Below are positions 40,650 to 48,663 of a stretch of DNA of 64,000 bases, piece after piece. Source of the stretch: an uncultured virus (IMG/VR IMGVR_UViG_3300018023_000193). Its lineage: Duplodnaviria; Heunggongvirae; Uroviricota; Caudoviricetes. Each line of letters opens with the position of its first letter. Position 1 is the stretch's first letter. Below the pieces are notes generated by a model. That model had not been told where the DNA came from. It was given only the letters and a program-made list of their open reading frames with translations, and ran no database searches. The translations under genes and the position numbers were made by a program. The stretch is taken from the IMG/VR virus record IMGVR_UViG_3300018023_000193, one strand, 5' to 3'.

Positions 40650-41270
40650 CTATCCACATTGTTTTGTGTAATGTTGTCCTAATTTGGCTATTTGTATTTT
40701 CCTTTTGGTTTCTTGTGAGCGTTTTAATCCTGTTTGAGATTTAGACCTGTTAAATATATGTTCTTTGGAAAGTTTCCGATTAGTTAAAGATTTAGATATT
40801 TTATTTTTAGTTTTTTGTGATGGATGTTTATTTAATTTTATTTGTGACATTTTGTATATAGTTTCTTTAGAATGTTTTGGTAAATTAATTTTACCTTTAC
40901 GCCAAGAAATTTTTCCTTTATTTTTCATACCTATTTTATTTTTAGTTTCTTTAGAATGTTTTCCATGTCCATCTCCACCAGGAGTCATATTATATCCATT
41001 AATATTTGTATCAAAATAAAATATACAAATGATTTCTAAATTCTTGGCTTCGTCTAAAGTTGGAATATTATATATTAGGATTTTATAAGTCCATTGATCC
41101 TCATTTGGATATTTTCTAATAGCAGTATCTAATTTGTGTCCATGTTTAAAATTTTTGGAATGTGAAATTTCTTGTTTCCATCTTTCTTTCATAGTTTGAC
41201 AAGTATATCCAATATAAGATTTTCCTGATGGACTGGTGTGTTTATATATTAAATAAATAGGTTTAGACAT
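40650..41270 (-). CDS. GIY-YIG homing endonuclease with NUMOD3 repeats
   Basis: IYLIYKHT..GKSYIGYT, GYNMTPGG, repeated HSKETK; minus-strand TATAAATA at 41343-41350. Confidence 0.85.
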   Translation of the reverse strand: MSKPIYLIYKHTSPSGKSYIGYTCQTMKERWKQEISHSKNFKHGHKLDTAIRKYPNEDQWTYKILIYNIPTLDEAKNLEIICIFYFDTNINGYNMTPGGDGHGKHSKETKNKIGMKNKGKISWRKGKINLPKHSKETIYKMSQIKLNKHPSQKTKNKISKSLTNRKLSKEHIFNRSKSQTGLKRSQETKRKIQIAKLGQHYTKQCG

Positions 41271-41355
41271 TTGCGTTAGTTACCTCTAATGCTTTGTTCA
41301 GGGGCCAATGCGGTCTTAAACACCACTTGGTCCCGATAATAATATTTATATTCAC

Positions 41356-41384
41356 TTGACATTTCATTTATTTTATGTTATGAT
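41356..41384 (+). promoter_or_regulatory. Sigma70-type promoter
   Basis: TTGACA-N17-TATGAT. Confidence 0.65.
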
Positions 41385-41412
41385 AGATGTATCATAAAAT
41401 AAAGGATAAATT

Positions 41413-42402
41413 ATGAGTAATTTCATTGTTGAAGTGGTTAGAATTGAAAAAATTGAAAAACACCCCAACGCAGACCTACTCGGAATTTGTAAAGTATTTG
41501 ATGGATATCAATGTGTTGTTCGTTTAGAAGATTGGAAGAAAGGAGATTTGGCTGCTTATCTTCCACCCGATTCAGTTGTTCCAAATACTGAACAATTTAA
41601 ATTTTTGGAAGGGCATTTAAAAATCAGGGCTAGGAGATTCCGCGGGGAAGAATCTTATGGTATGCTCATACCTGCGCCTGAAGGATCGGTAGTTGGTGAT
41701 GATGTTGCTGATATTCTTGGAATTAAACATTATGACCCAGAATTATCCGCAGAAATTAATTCGGCTCAAGGAGAATTTCAAGATCCTCCACCAATTGATG
41801 GTGTAATTTATGATATTGAACCATGGCAAAAATATCGGAATGAATTTGTGGAAGGTGAAGAAGTTGTAATTACAGAAAAAATCCATGGTGCAAATTCACG
41901 GTATACTTTCCAAAATGGAAAAATGTATTGTGGATCGCACTATCAATGGAAAAAAATACCAGAACAGGGAAAGAATCTTTATTGGAATGTATTAGAATAT
42001 TGTCCTTGGGTAGAAGCATTTTGCCGTCTTAATCCGGATGTAATTTTATATGGAGAAATTTTTGGTGCAGTACAGAAGGGATTTAATTATGGTGTTACTC
42101 AGGAATGTCCTTATAAGTTTAGAGCGTTTGATGTATTCGCCGCAGGTCAATTTTTGGATTATGACGATGCCCTCGGTGGTGCCAAATCTGATTTTTTGGT
42201 ACCAGTGTTATATCGCGGGCCATATTCTATAGAAGTGATGCAAAAATATGTAAATGGATTATCTACAATAGAAGGCGCGAAACATATCCGCGAGGGGTGT
42301 GTAGTTAAATGTATTAAAGAAAGATATTCTGAAAGGTTACATGGAAGATTAATATTAAAATATGTATCTATAGATTATTTGGAGGACAAAAGGAAGAAAT
42401 AG
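41413..42402 (+). CDS. RNA ligase (DRB0094/Rnl2-like family)
   Basis: IEKHPNAD N-domain, TEKIHGAN motif I, YGEIFG, FDV, REGCVVK, LKYVS..YL. Confidence 0.88.
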   Translation: MSNFIVEVVRIEKIEKHPNADLLGICKVFDGYQCVVRLEDWKKGDLAAYLPPDSVVPNTEQFKFLEGHLKIRARRFRGEESYGMLIPAPEGSVVGDDVADILGIKHYDPELSAEINSAQGEFQDPPPIDGVIYDIEPWQKYRNEFVEGEEVVITEKIHGANSRYTFQNGKMYCGSHYQWKKIPEQGKNLYWNVLEYCPWVEAFCRLNPDVILYGEIFGAVQKGFNYGVTQECPYKFRAFDVFAAGQFLDYDDALGGAKSDFLVPVLYRGPYSIEVMQKYVNGLSTIEGAKHIREGCVVKCIKERYSERLHGRLILKYVSIDYLEDKRKK

Positions 42403-42417
42403 CATGTTTTTTCTTTA

Positions 42418-42768
42418 ATGTTTCACATGAAAAACCAAACAAAAAAGGCGGCACAAAAAATTGAGGCGAAACATCACCAATGGACTTTTGAAATTCAAGG
42501 TAAATATAATCCATCTGGTATTTCTAATTTTTTTGGTAAATTAAAAGATGAAGGTGGGAGAGTTATTGTAACTATTCGAGAAAATGAAGATTATAATCAA
42601 ATATCTCGATTACTTATGACTTCAAAATATTTAACTTCTATTCGAGATATGAGAGGTTTAGCTCGTTGGGCATGGGATCGTGGTTTAGTTCAAATGAATA
42701 AAGAAGAAAAAGAAAAATGGAATAAAAAGAAAATAGTTCCATTAGATATTAAGGAAGTTTTAATATGA
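42418..42768 (+). CDS. Hypothetical protein
   Basis: ORF. Confidence 0.5.
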   Translation: MFHMKNQTKKAAQKIEAKHHQWTFEIQGKYNPSGISNFFGKLKDEGGRVIVTIRENEDYNQISRLLMTSKYLTSIRDMRGLARWAWDRGLVQMNKEEKEKWNKKKIVPLDIKEVLI

Positions 42769-42890
42769 GAAATTGTGGTATAGTATTTGAAGAAGGTTTA
42801 GAATATTATGTGTATGAAGTAGGACCAATTTAGATGAAAAACGGTACGATACATATGTCAATGAAATTCCCTATTTTATAAGAAAATATT

Positions 42891-43145
42891 ATGATAAATC
42901 AAAAGCGTGAAATATGTAAAGCATGTGCAACAGGTCTTGATAAATACCCGCATAATAATGATCCTAAAACTTGTATTATGGGAAGAAAAGATTATATAAG
43001 GAATCTTCCACCCGAGAAACAAATTAAACAATTGGTAATTTATGAACAATTATCACCAGAAATGGGTGAATATATTAATAAATTAGCCAAAGAAAGAAAA
43101 AGAACACCTTTAGAAATTTTAGAAGAAGAAGGTATGGAGGTTTGA
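42891..43145 (+). CDS. Hypothetical protein
   Basis: ORF with CxxC. Confidence 0.45.
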   Translation: MINQKREICKACATGLDKYPHNNDPKTCIMGRKDYIRNLPPEKQIKQLVIYEQLSPEMGEYINKLAKERKRTPLEILEEEGMEV

Positions 43146-43146
43146 A

Positions 43147-43434
43147 ATGAAGGTACAAAAGAAAGCAAAGGATTTGAGGGTTGGTGATAGAATTATTGGT
43201 TTAACTAAAAGTTGGTTAGTTAAAGACATACAAACAAGCCATTTAACTGGAGTTATATTTCCATTACTTACTTTAGTAGATGATAATGGAGATGAAATGA
43301 AAATTGAATCAGGTTCAACTGATAGACTTCAGGATCATATTTATGATGTTGAAATTCCTGATAATGATCAATCAAAATTACCATTTAAAACAGTAAAGAA
43401 ACCTATTAAAAAAGTTGCTAAGAAAAAGAAATAA
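43147..43434 (+). CDS. Hypothetical protein
   Basis: GGAGG RBS; AKDLRVGDRI. Confidence 0.55.
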   Translation: MKVQKKAKDLRVGDRIIGLTKSWLVKDIQTSHLTGVIFPLLTLVDDNGDEMKIESGSTDRLQDHIYDVEIPDNDQSKLPFKTVKKPIKKVAKKKK

Positions 43435-43453
43435 TTTAATGGGTTAATAAATT

Positions 43454-43726
43454 ATGATACAAATAGAACAAACAATAGAAAAATGGGAACCAAAATATAG
43501 TGGTCCTAATTGTTCTGGTATTTGTATATGTGGATGTTCTTGGAGAGAACACCATTTGTGTATGGTAATGAATTTAGAATATTATGAGGTTACTCATGAA
43601 AGTTATATTCCTTGTGAATGTTGCGCTTTTGGATTTAATGAAGTAGGTGGAATGAAGTACAATGAGGCCACTGGCGAATGGGAAGATCATTGTCACGGAT
43701 ATATAGATGCTGGTATTAATTTATAG
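43454..43726 (+). CDS. Cys/His-rich hypothetical protein
   Basis: CICGCSWREHH...CECC...HCH. Confidence 0.55.
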   Translation: MIQIEQTIEKWEPKYSGPNCSGICICGCSWREHHLCMVMNLEYYEVTHESYIPCECCAFGFNEVGGMKYNEATGEWEDHCHGYIDAGINL

Positions 43727-43821
43727 AGGGATGGCAGAGTCCGGTTTATTGCGGCGGTCTTGAAAACCGTAGGTGGGCTTAATAAGTTCATCCGTAGGTT
43801 CGAATCCTATTCCCTCTGCCA
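43725..43821 (+). tRNA. tRNA-Ser(UGA)
   Basis: Anticodon arm GCGGT-CT TGA AA-ACCGT; long variable arm; CCA. Confidence 0.9.
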
Positions 43822-43849
43822 AAAATTATAAAAATATATGAAACATTTT

Positions 43850-43926
43850 GCCCGTATAACTCAGTTGGATAGAGTAACTGGCTTCTAACCAGTATGTCGG
43901 GCGTTCGAATCGCTCTACGGGTACCA
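43850..43926 (+). tRNA. tRNA-Arg(UCU)
   Basis: ACTGG-CT TCT AA-CCAGT; CCA. Confidence 0.92.
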
Positions 43927-43927
43927 A

Positions 43928-44006
43928 GTTTTGATGTTCCATACGGACGAGGCTGAGGCTGGTAGCCAACCCAGGTGGGAAGCGAGCGGTAATGGAATAT
44001 CAAAAT
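43928..44006 (+). ncRNA. Candidate structured RNA after tRNA-Arg
   Basis: 14-bp closing stem (43929-43942/43992-44005) enclosing GC-rich short hairpins. Confidence 0.55.
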
Positions 44007-44013
44007 AAAATGC

Positions 44014-44046
44014 TTGACAATTTTTTAAAATATGCTATACTATAAT
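44014..44046 (+). promoter_or_regulatory. Sigma70-type promoter
   Basis: TTGACA...TGCTATACTATAAT. Confidence 0.65.
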
Positions 44047-44067
44047 AAAAGAAATACAAAAAGTTTT

Positions 44068-44144
44068 GGCTTGTTAGCTTAAATGGAAAAAGCTCCAGCC
44101 TTTTAAGCTGAGAGATTTGGGATCGTACCCCAAACAAGCCACCA
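44068..44144 (+). tRNA. tRNA-Lys(UUU)
   Basis: CAGC-CT TTT AA-GCTG; atypical T-loop ATCGTAC; CCA. Confidence 0.85.
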
Positions 44145-44203
44145 AATTCAATTACAGTTTGGACTGTAAATTGATGTTGTTTAAATATAAAAAGGAAAAT
44201 TAT

Positions 44204-44629
44204 ATGATTAAGTTTGAGACACAAAAATTGGGGAAGGTTGTAATTAAATTCCGGCATTTTCTTCCAGAAGTTAGGATCGCAGATACAAATGTAAATTCAT
44301 TGGTTTCTTTAGCTGATAAATTGCAATTTTTACGAGGGGAAACTCATTGTACTTTACAGTTAAATGTTGGATATATGGAAGAACATCCTACACTTCCAGA
44401 AGTAGAATTTTTTGGAAAAGCATTTACGCATCCAGTTGATAATTATAAAAAAGAAACGGGACGTGTTCTTTCTTTAACTAGGGCACTTGAGGAAGCAGTA
44501 TCAACCCACACTATTATAACAGAATCAGCCCGTGAAGTAATGTCTGGTTATTATTCTCGTGGTAAAAGTTTTTTGATTGAACCATTAGATGAACAAGCGG
44601 TTGCTAACTTGATAAATAAAAATGGTTGA
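44204..44629 (+). CDS. Hypothetical protein
   Basis: AAGGA RBS; HPVDNYKKETGRVLSL.RAL phage-type motif. Confidence 0.6.
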   Translation: MIKFETQKLGKVVIKFRHFLPEVRIADTNVNSLVSLADKLQFLRGETHCTLQLNVGYMEEHPTLPEVEFFGKAFTHPVDNYKKETGRVLSLTRALEEAVSTHTIITESAREVMSGYYSRGKSFLIEPLDEQAVANLINKNG

Positions 44630-45059
44630 AATAAAAGAAAGTTTAGTTTATAATTTATGGACGGTACATAAACTTGGGTATCCGATTATAATTACTGTAA
44701 ATAATTGGTTAAATAAAAATGATAATGCTGTAATGGGGAAAGGGGTTGCTCTTAAAGCTAAAAATACTTTCCCCAATTTATCAAAAATGTTAGGCCAATT
44801 TATTCAAAATTATGGTAATAGAACCCATTACTGGAAAGAATTTAATATATTTACATTTCCAACTAAAGATAAATGGTGGGAAAAATCAATTTTATCATTA
44901 ATTATTAAAAGTGGAGAAGAACTTTTAAATTTAGTAAATGAAATGAGAATTAATGAAATTTATTTACCTAAAGTCGGTTGTGGAAATGGTGGTTTAAAGT
45001 GGGAAGATGTAAAACCACATTTAAAATTTTTGGATGATAGATTTATAGTTATTATTTAA
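44622..45059 (+). CDS. Macrodomain protein (DarG-like ADP-ribosyl hydrolase)
   Basis: TVN..MGKGVAL, FPTK..W, LPKVGCGNGGLKWEDVK. Confidence 0.85.
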   Translation: MVEIKESLVYNLWTVHKLGYPIIITVNNWLNKNDNAVMGKGVALKAKNTFPNLSKMLGQFIQNYGNRTHYWKEFNIFTFPTKDKWWEKSILSLIIKSGEELLNLVNEMRINEIYLPKVGCGNGGLKWEDVKPHLKFLDDRFIVII

Positions 45060-45068
45060 AACGGTTGA

Positions 45069-45143
45069 TGCGGGTGAAGTGAACAGGTGTCACGATGGTC
45101 TCATAAGCCATAGAGTGGGGATCGATACCCCCACCCGCTACCA
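45069..45143 (+). tRNA. tRNA-Met(CAU), possibly initiator-like
   Basis: ATGGT-CT CAT AA-GCCAT; U1:U72 mismatch; CCA. Confidence 0.85.
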
Positions 45144-45202
45144 AAATATAAATACTAACATGAGATAAGTGTCTGTATCTCCAGAAAGGAGTAAGATATC
45201 TT

Positions 45203-45385
45203 ATGCTTCTTCATTTAATTTTTGTGTCTTGTATAGTTCTTGCCTTTGTTGGTCTTGCGTGGTATTTATTGGGTACTTTGACGATGGACCAAAGAATTCG
45301 AGTAGTTATTAATTTTATTTTGGTTATTGGGTTATTAATTTGGTTATTCGCGTGGTTATTACCCAAATTGATTTTGTTGATTTAA
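45203..45385 (+). CDS. Small two-TM membrane protein
   Basis: AAGGAG RBS; TATAAATA at 45147-45154; hydrophobic; hairpin at 45390-45409. Confidence 0.65.
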   Translation: MLLHLIFVSCIVLAFVGLAWYLLGTLTMDQRIRVVINFILVIGLLIWLFAWLLPKLILLI

Positions 45386-45408
45386 ATATAGGGGAATTAA
45401 AATTCCCC

Positions 45409-45437
45409 TTGACATTCTAAATAAATTGTGTTACAAT
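45409..45437 (+). promoter_or_regulatory. Sigma70-type promoter
   Basis: TTGACA-N17-TACAAT. Confidence 0.7.
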
Positions 45438-45456
45438 GAATTGAGGTTGAAAATTT

Positions 45457-45798
45457 ATGTGTTCAGGTTGCTCAAGTATCGGAAGAAACGATCAAAAATG
45501 TAGTGAATGCCAGGATGCTATCCGGCGTGCTACTAAAACCAAGAAAAAGGTTGGTAGTGTTCATAGATGTTTTGATTATCCGAAGTGTAAGAATATGGCA
45601 TCTGGTAAGAATTTGTTTTGCTCAAAGTGTTGGGATAGAATCCCCAAACAACATAAGGCAACAATTAGAGAAGGTACTGAAAAGGGTACTCATACTTTGC
45701 GGGTTGTTCCAAGCCGTGAATGGACGGCTACAGCATATGGTTATTTGGATAGCGCGGCCCGCGTGGTAGTGGCGCCAGTTGATCCGGATGTAGTTTAG
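45457..45798 (+). CDS. Cys-rich zinc-finger hypothetical protein
   Basis: Multiple CxxC; GAGG RBS. Confidence 0.55.
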   Translation: MCSGCSSIGRNDQKCSECQDAIRRATKTKKKVGSVHRCFDYPKCKNMASGKNLFCSKCWDRIPKQHKATIREGTEKGTHTLRVVPSREWTATAYGYLDSAARVVVAPVDPDVV

Positions 45799-45872
45799 TG
45801 GATGGGCCGGCTGGTTGAGGCACTTGCTCTACAAGCAAGTTTAGTAGGGTTCGATTCCCTAATCCACTACCA
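45797..45872 (+). tRNA. tRNA-Val(UAC)
   Basis: CTTGC-TC TAC AA-GCAAG; CCA. Confidence 0.85.
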
Positions 45873-45884
45873 ATTTTAAAAGAA

Positions 45885-45991
45885 ATGGCATTTAAAAATC
45901 CAGAAGATAGAAAACGATGGTTTAGAGTGATGTTCTTTGTGCTAATTGCCACAGAAAACAGTGGTATGAAGAAAGAAAATTGGGCTTGTAG
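45885..45991 (+). pseudogene. Collapsed HNH endonuclease relic
   Basis: MAFKNPEDRKRW joined out of frame to SDVLCANCHRKQW. Confidence 0.6.
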
Positions 45992-46056
45992 TTTTAATGG
46001 GAAAATATGACCTTTGCAAGGTTGAGTTCCGAGTTCGAGTCTCGGCGGGTCCACCA
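45982..46056 (+). tRNA. tRNA-Ala(UGC)
   Basis: TGACC-TT TGC AA-GGTTG; G3:U70; CCA. Confidence 0.9.
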
Positions 46057-46059
46057 AAT

Positions 46060-46137
46060 TCACTAGATGCCGAGGTGGTCGAGGCGCTAGGTCTGCAAAA
46101 CTGGTCTTAGAGGGTTCAAGTCCCTCCTGGTGGTCCA
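46060..46137 (+). tRNA. tRNA-Cys(GCA)
   Basis: Loop CT GCA AA; U73 discriminator; imperfect stems; CCA. Confidence 0.75.
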
Positions 46138-46145
46138 AATTAGAA

Positions 46146-46538
46146 ATGAGGATAATTATGAAAACGGTTAAACAATTAAAAGAATTAGTAAAAGAATTAA
46201 AAGAAAATAATAAAGAGTTGTTAAGAGAAAATTTTGATTTAGATGAAGCCTATCGTGACTTAGAATATTCTTTGGACGAAGCTAATGAAATGGTTGAAAA
46301 CTTAGAAGAAGAAAATGATGAGTTATTTGAACAAGTTGAATCCTTAGAAGAAGTTGAAAAGGATTTAATGGATAGAGTTAAGGAAACTGATTTAGCAGTA
46401 GACAATTTGATTGAGGATATTAATTTTCTTTATGATCGTAATTCGGAATTACTTAAAGAATTAAATTCTTTAACTTGTGAGGCTTGCCGTCCAAGAACAG
46501 AAGTGGAAAGTTTAAATAAAGTAGATAAAGCAGAATAA
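46146..46538 (+). CDS. Acidic coiled-coil hypothetical protein
   Basis: E/L heptad pattern; GAGG RBS (likely ATG 46158). Confidence 0.6.
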   Translation: MRIIMKTVKQLKELVKELKENNKELLRENFDLDEAYRDLEYSLDEANEMVENLEEENDELFEQVESLEEVEKDLMDRVKETDLAVDNLIEDINFLYDRNSELLKELNSLTCEACRPRTEVESLNKVDKAE

Positions 46539-46542
46539 TTTT

Positions 46543-46634
46543 GTAAGGTTGGCAGAGTTCGGTTGAATGCGAAGGGCTGTAGCTCCTTTGTCTCTTCGGA
46601 GGCCTCAGTGGTTCAAATCCATTACCTTACACCA
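46543..46634 (+). tRNA. tRNA-Tyr(GUA)
   Basis: AAGGG-CT GTA GC-TCCTT; variable arm; CCA. Confidence 0.85.
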
Positions 46635-46710
46635 GGGACGGAAGTGTTGCCGGTAAGCACGATGGTCTGTGGAACCATTAGATAGAGTTCAACTCTCTGA
46701 CGTCCCTCCA
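46635..46710 (+). tRNA. tRNA-His(GUG)
   Basis: ATGGT-CT GTG GA-ACCAT; CCA; abuts tRNA-Tyr. Confidence 0.82.
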
Positions 46711-46793
46711 AAGATTAAAGGAAATATCATGAAAATAAAAGATTTTGTTGAAAGATTAATAAGATATGATCAAGAACAAGATTATGGAAGAGA

Positions 46794-47051
46794 ATGGTTA
46801 TAAGTATGCAACATACATTATTAAATACACTTAAATTTGTAAAACAAATGAATCAATTATCTGATAAGGAAAAAGATCATTTATTAGTATCACACGGAAT
46901 TAATAAACGGGCAGCCACTATAAAAGAAGAGGGTGGTATTGCTATTGAAATGGCTCTTTTTGAAGCAATGGATGAAAATGAATTAACTGTAAAATTAACA
47001 GAAATAGAAATTAAAAATGCTAGTAAAGAAGATCCAAGAAAAAGAGATTAA
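46794..47051 (+). CDS. Hypothetical protein
   Basis: ORF. Confidence 0.45.
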   Translation: MVISMQHTLLNTLKFVKQMNQLSDKEKDHLLVSHGINKRAATIKEEGGIAIEMALFEAMDENELTVKLTEIEIKNASKEDPRKRD

Positions 47052-47072
47052 AATTTAAATTAAGAAAATTGG

Positions 47073-47855
47073 ATGACGAAATTAATAGTTCTTTCGTTGA
47101 TGTTTTCAACATTAATATTCGGACAGTTATCGAATGCCGATAAATTATATGTGAATAAAGTATTATGGCCAGCTACAACATTATTATATGCTCAAACAGC
47201 ACAAGGTACAATGGAAATGAAATGTACCGCTACAGCTATTGATGAAGATAAAACTACATATACATTTGTTACAGCCGCTCATTGTGGTTGTATAGATGAT
47301 TCGGAAAAAAAGACAGTTACACCAGAAAAAACATTTTTCTTTATATCTCCAGATATTCCTGGGGATAAAGTTTATTTAAAAGCAATTCCTAAAGGTTGCG
47401 GATATAGGACTAAAGGTGATGATTTTTTCTTATTAACAGTTGATAAAACTTTTAGTTTTCCTATTATTCCATTAGGTGAAGATCCTAATTTATTAGATGA
47501 AGTAATTAATGTTGGTGGTCCATTAGGAATTGGTAAACAAGTGTTTTTAGGGTCTGTTTCTAGTACAAGTGTTGATCGTCCTATTGTTGATGATGCCATT
47601 CAATGGACTGGAACTATATTATTACAAGAATTTGGTATAAATGGTGGATCAAGTGGTTCATCGGTTATTTGTTTGAATCAACATGCTATTTGTGCTTTTA
47701 TAGTTGGTACTGTAGCACAAACAAGTATGATTGCTATGCCAGTATCGCGTTTAATTAAATTTCGAAAATTATTAAAAGATGGAAAATATAAATGGTATCA
47801 ATCGGATCCAGATGCTCCATTACCTGCGGCTACACAGGGTGAAAAAGACCATTAG
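47073..47855 (+). CDS. Secreted trypsin-like serine protease
   Basis: N-terminal signal peptide; TAAHC, GDDF, GGSSGS triad motifs. Confidence 0.82.
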   Translation: MTKLIVLSLMFSTLIFGQLSNADKLYVNKVLWPATTLLYAQTAQGTMEMKCTATAIDEDKTTYTFVTAAHCGCIDDSEKKTVTPEKTFFFISPDIPGDKVYLKAIPKGCGYRTKGDDFFLLTVDKTFSFPIIPLGEDPNLLDEVINVGGPLGIGKQVFLGSVSSTSVDRPIVDDAIQWTGTILLQEFGINGGSSGSSVICLNQHAICAFIVGTVAQTSMIAMPVSRLIKFRKLLKDGKYKWYQSDPDAPLPAATQGEKDH

Positions 47856-47862
47856 GATTTTT

Positions 47863-48087
47863 ATGCCATATTACGATTACGTGTGTAGTGAATGCGGAAA
47901 GACTTTTGAAATCTTCCAAAAGATGGATGAAGAAGCCAGAGTTTTGACCCACGGTGATTTAGCAGAAAATTATGAATTGACAGAAAGTAGATGCCGCGGC
48001 CACTTGGAACGGAAAGTTTCTACTTCCGCATTGAAATTTGTGGGCCCTGGATTTTATGTGAATGATTATCCGAAAAAGAAAGTTTAG
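47863..48087 (+). CDS. FmdB-family zinc-ribbon protein
   Basis: MPYYDYVCSECGKTFE...FVGPGFYVNDY. Confidence 0.8.
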   Translation: MPYYDYVCSECGKTFEIFQKMDEEARVLTHGDLAENYELTESRCRGHLERKVSTSALKFVGPGFYVNDYPKKKV

Positions 48088-48162
48088 GGACCGTAGCTCA
48101 ATGGTTAGAGTTCTTGCCTGTCGAGCAAGATGTTGACGGTTCGAATCCGTTCGGTCCCGCCA
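48087..48162 (+). tRNA. tRNA-Asp(GUC)
   Basis: CTTGC-CT GTC GA-GCAAG; CCA. Confidence 0.92.
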
Positions 48163-48234
48163 TAATTTCGGATCTTTAAATACAAAAGGTAAGGGAAGGA
48201 GATTTATTTTTAAAATAAAAGGAAAAAGTTATTA

Positions 48235-48311
48235 GCCACGGTAGCTTAATCCGGGAAAGCGGTTGACCTGTAATCAACAGAGAGGGAGTTCGATTCTCCC
48301 CCGCGGCTCCA
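48235..48311 (+). tRNA. tRNA-Thr(UGU)
   Basis: GTTGA-CC TGT AA-TCAAC; CCA. Confidence 0.88.
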
Positions 48312-48314
48312 GTT

Positions 48315-48417
48315 TGGTATGGGTACGCCTAGCATACCACAAGAAGATGGTCCTTGAGCAAGATCATCTCGCCTCCTTACAGGGTTCTTTCGCGTGAGCA
48401 AAGAATCCACTAGGCGT
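48315..48417 (+). ncRNA. Candidate pseudoknotted RNA after tRNA-Thr
   Basis: P1 48315-21/48333-39; pseudoknot 48325-32/48410-17; two internal hairpins. Confidence 0.6.
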
Positions 48418-48430
48418 CTTTAAAAATCAC

Positions 48431-48459
48431 TTGACAAGCGGCCTTACATACGCTATAAT
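48431..48459 (+). promoter_or_regulatory. Sigma70-type promoter
   Basis: TTGACA-N17-TATAAT. Confidence 0.8.
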
Positions 48460-48476
48460 TGTAATTGAGGTTGAAT

Positions 48477-48662
48477 ATGTCAGACTATAAATATGAAATT
48501 CAAATGGAAGCAGAACGTCTTGCTGAAGAACGTTTTGGTGTAGATTTTTACGATTTGCCTGAAAATGAACAGTATAATGTTTTCCTTGATGCTGAGGTTA
48601 ATTGGTCGGAAAAAAAGGCCGCTCAAGCGGAAGCTGCATATGACCGTTCACAAGGATTTTAA
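48477..48662 (+). CDS. Small acidic hypothetical protein
   Basis: GAGG RBS, MSDYKYEIQ... Confidence 0.55.
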   Translation: MSDYKYEIQMEAERLAEERFGVDFYDLPENEQYNVFLDAEVNWSEKKAAQAEAAYDRSQGF

Positions 48663-48663
48663 A

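Noticed and set aside
45728..46138. ORFs overlapping tRNAs (also 43788-44003, 51051-51293, 54066-54307, and N-terminal extensions at 44117, 50743, 52432)
   Set aside because: Artefacts of GC-rich tRNA sequence
48315..48417. Assignment as a theta/HDV-like ribozyme
   Set aside because: No P3/L3 element lies between the pseudoknot strand and the P1 3' strand; kept as an unknown RNA
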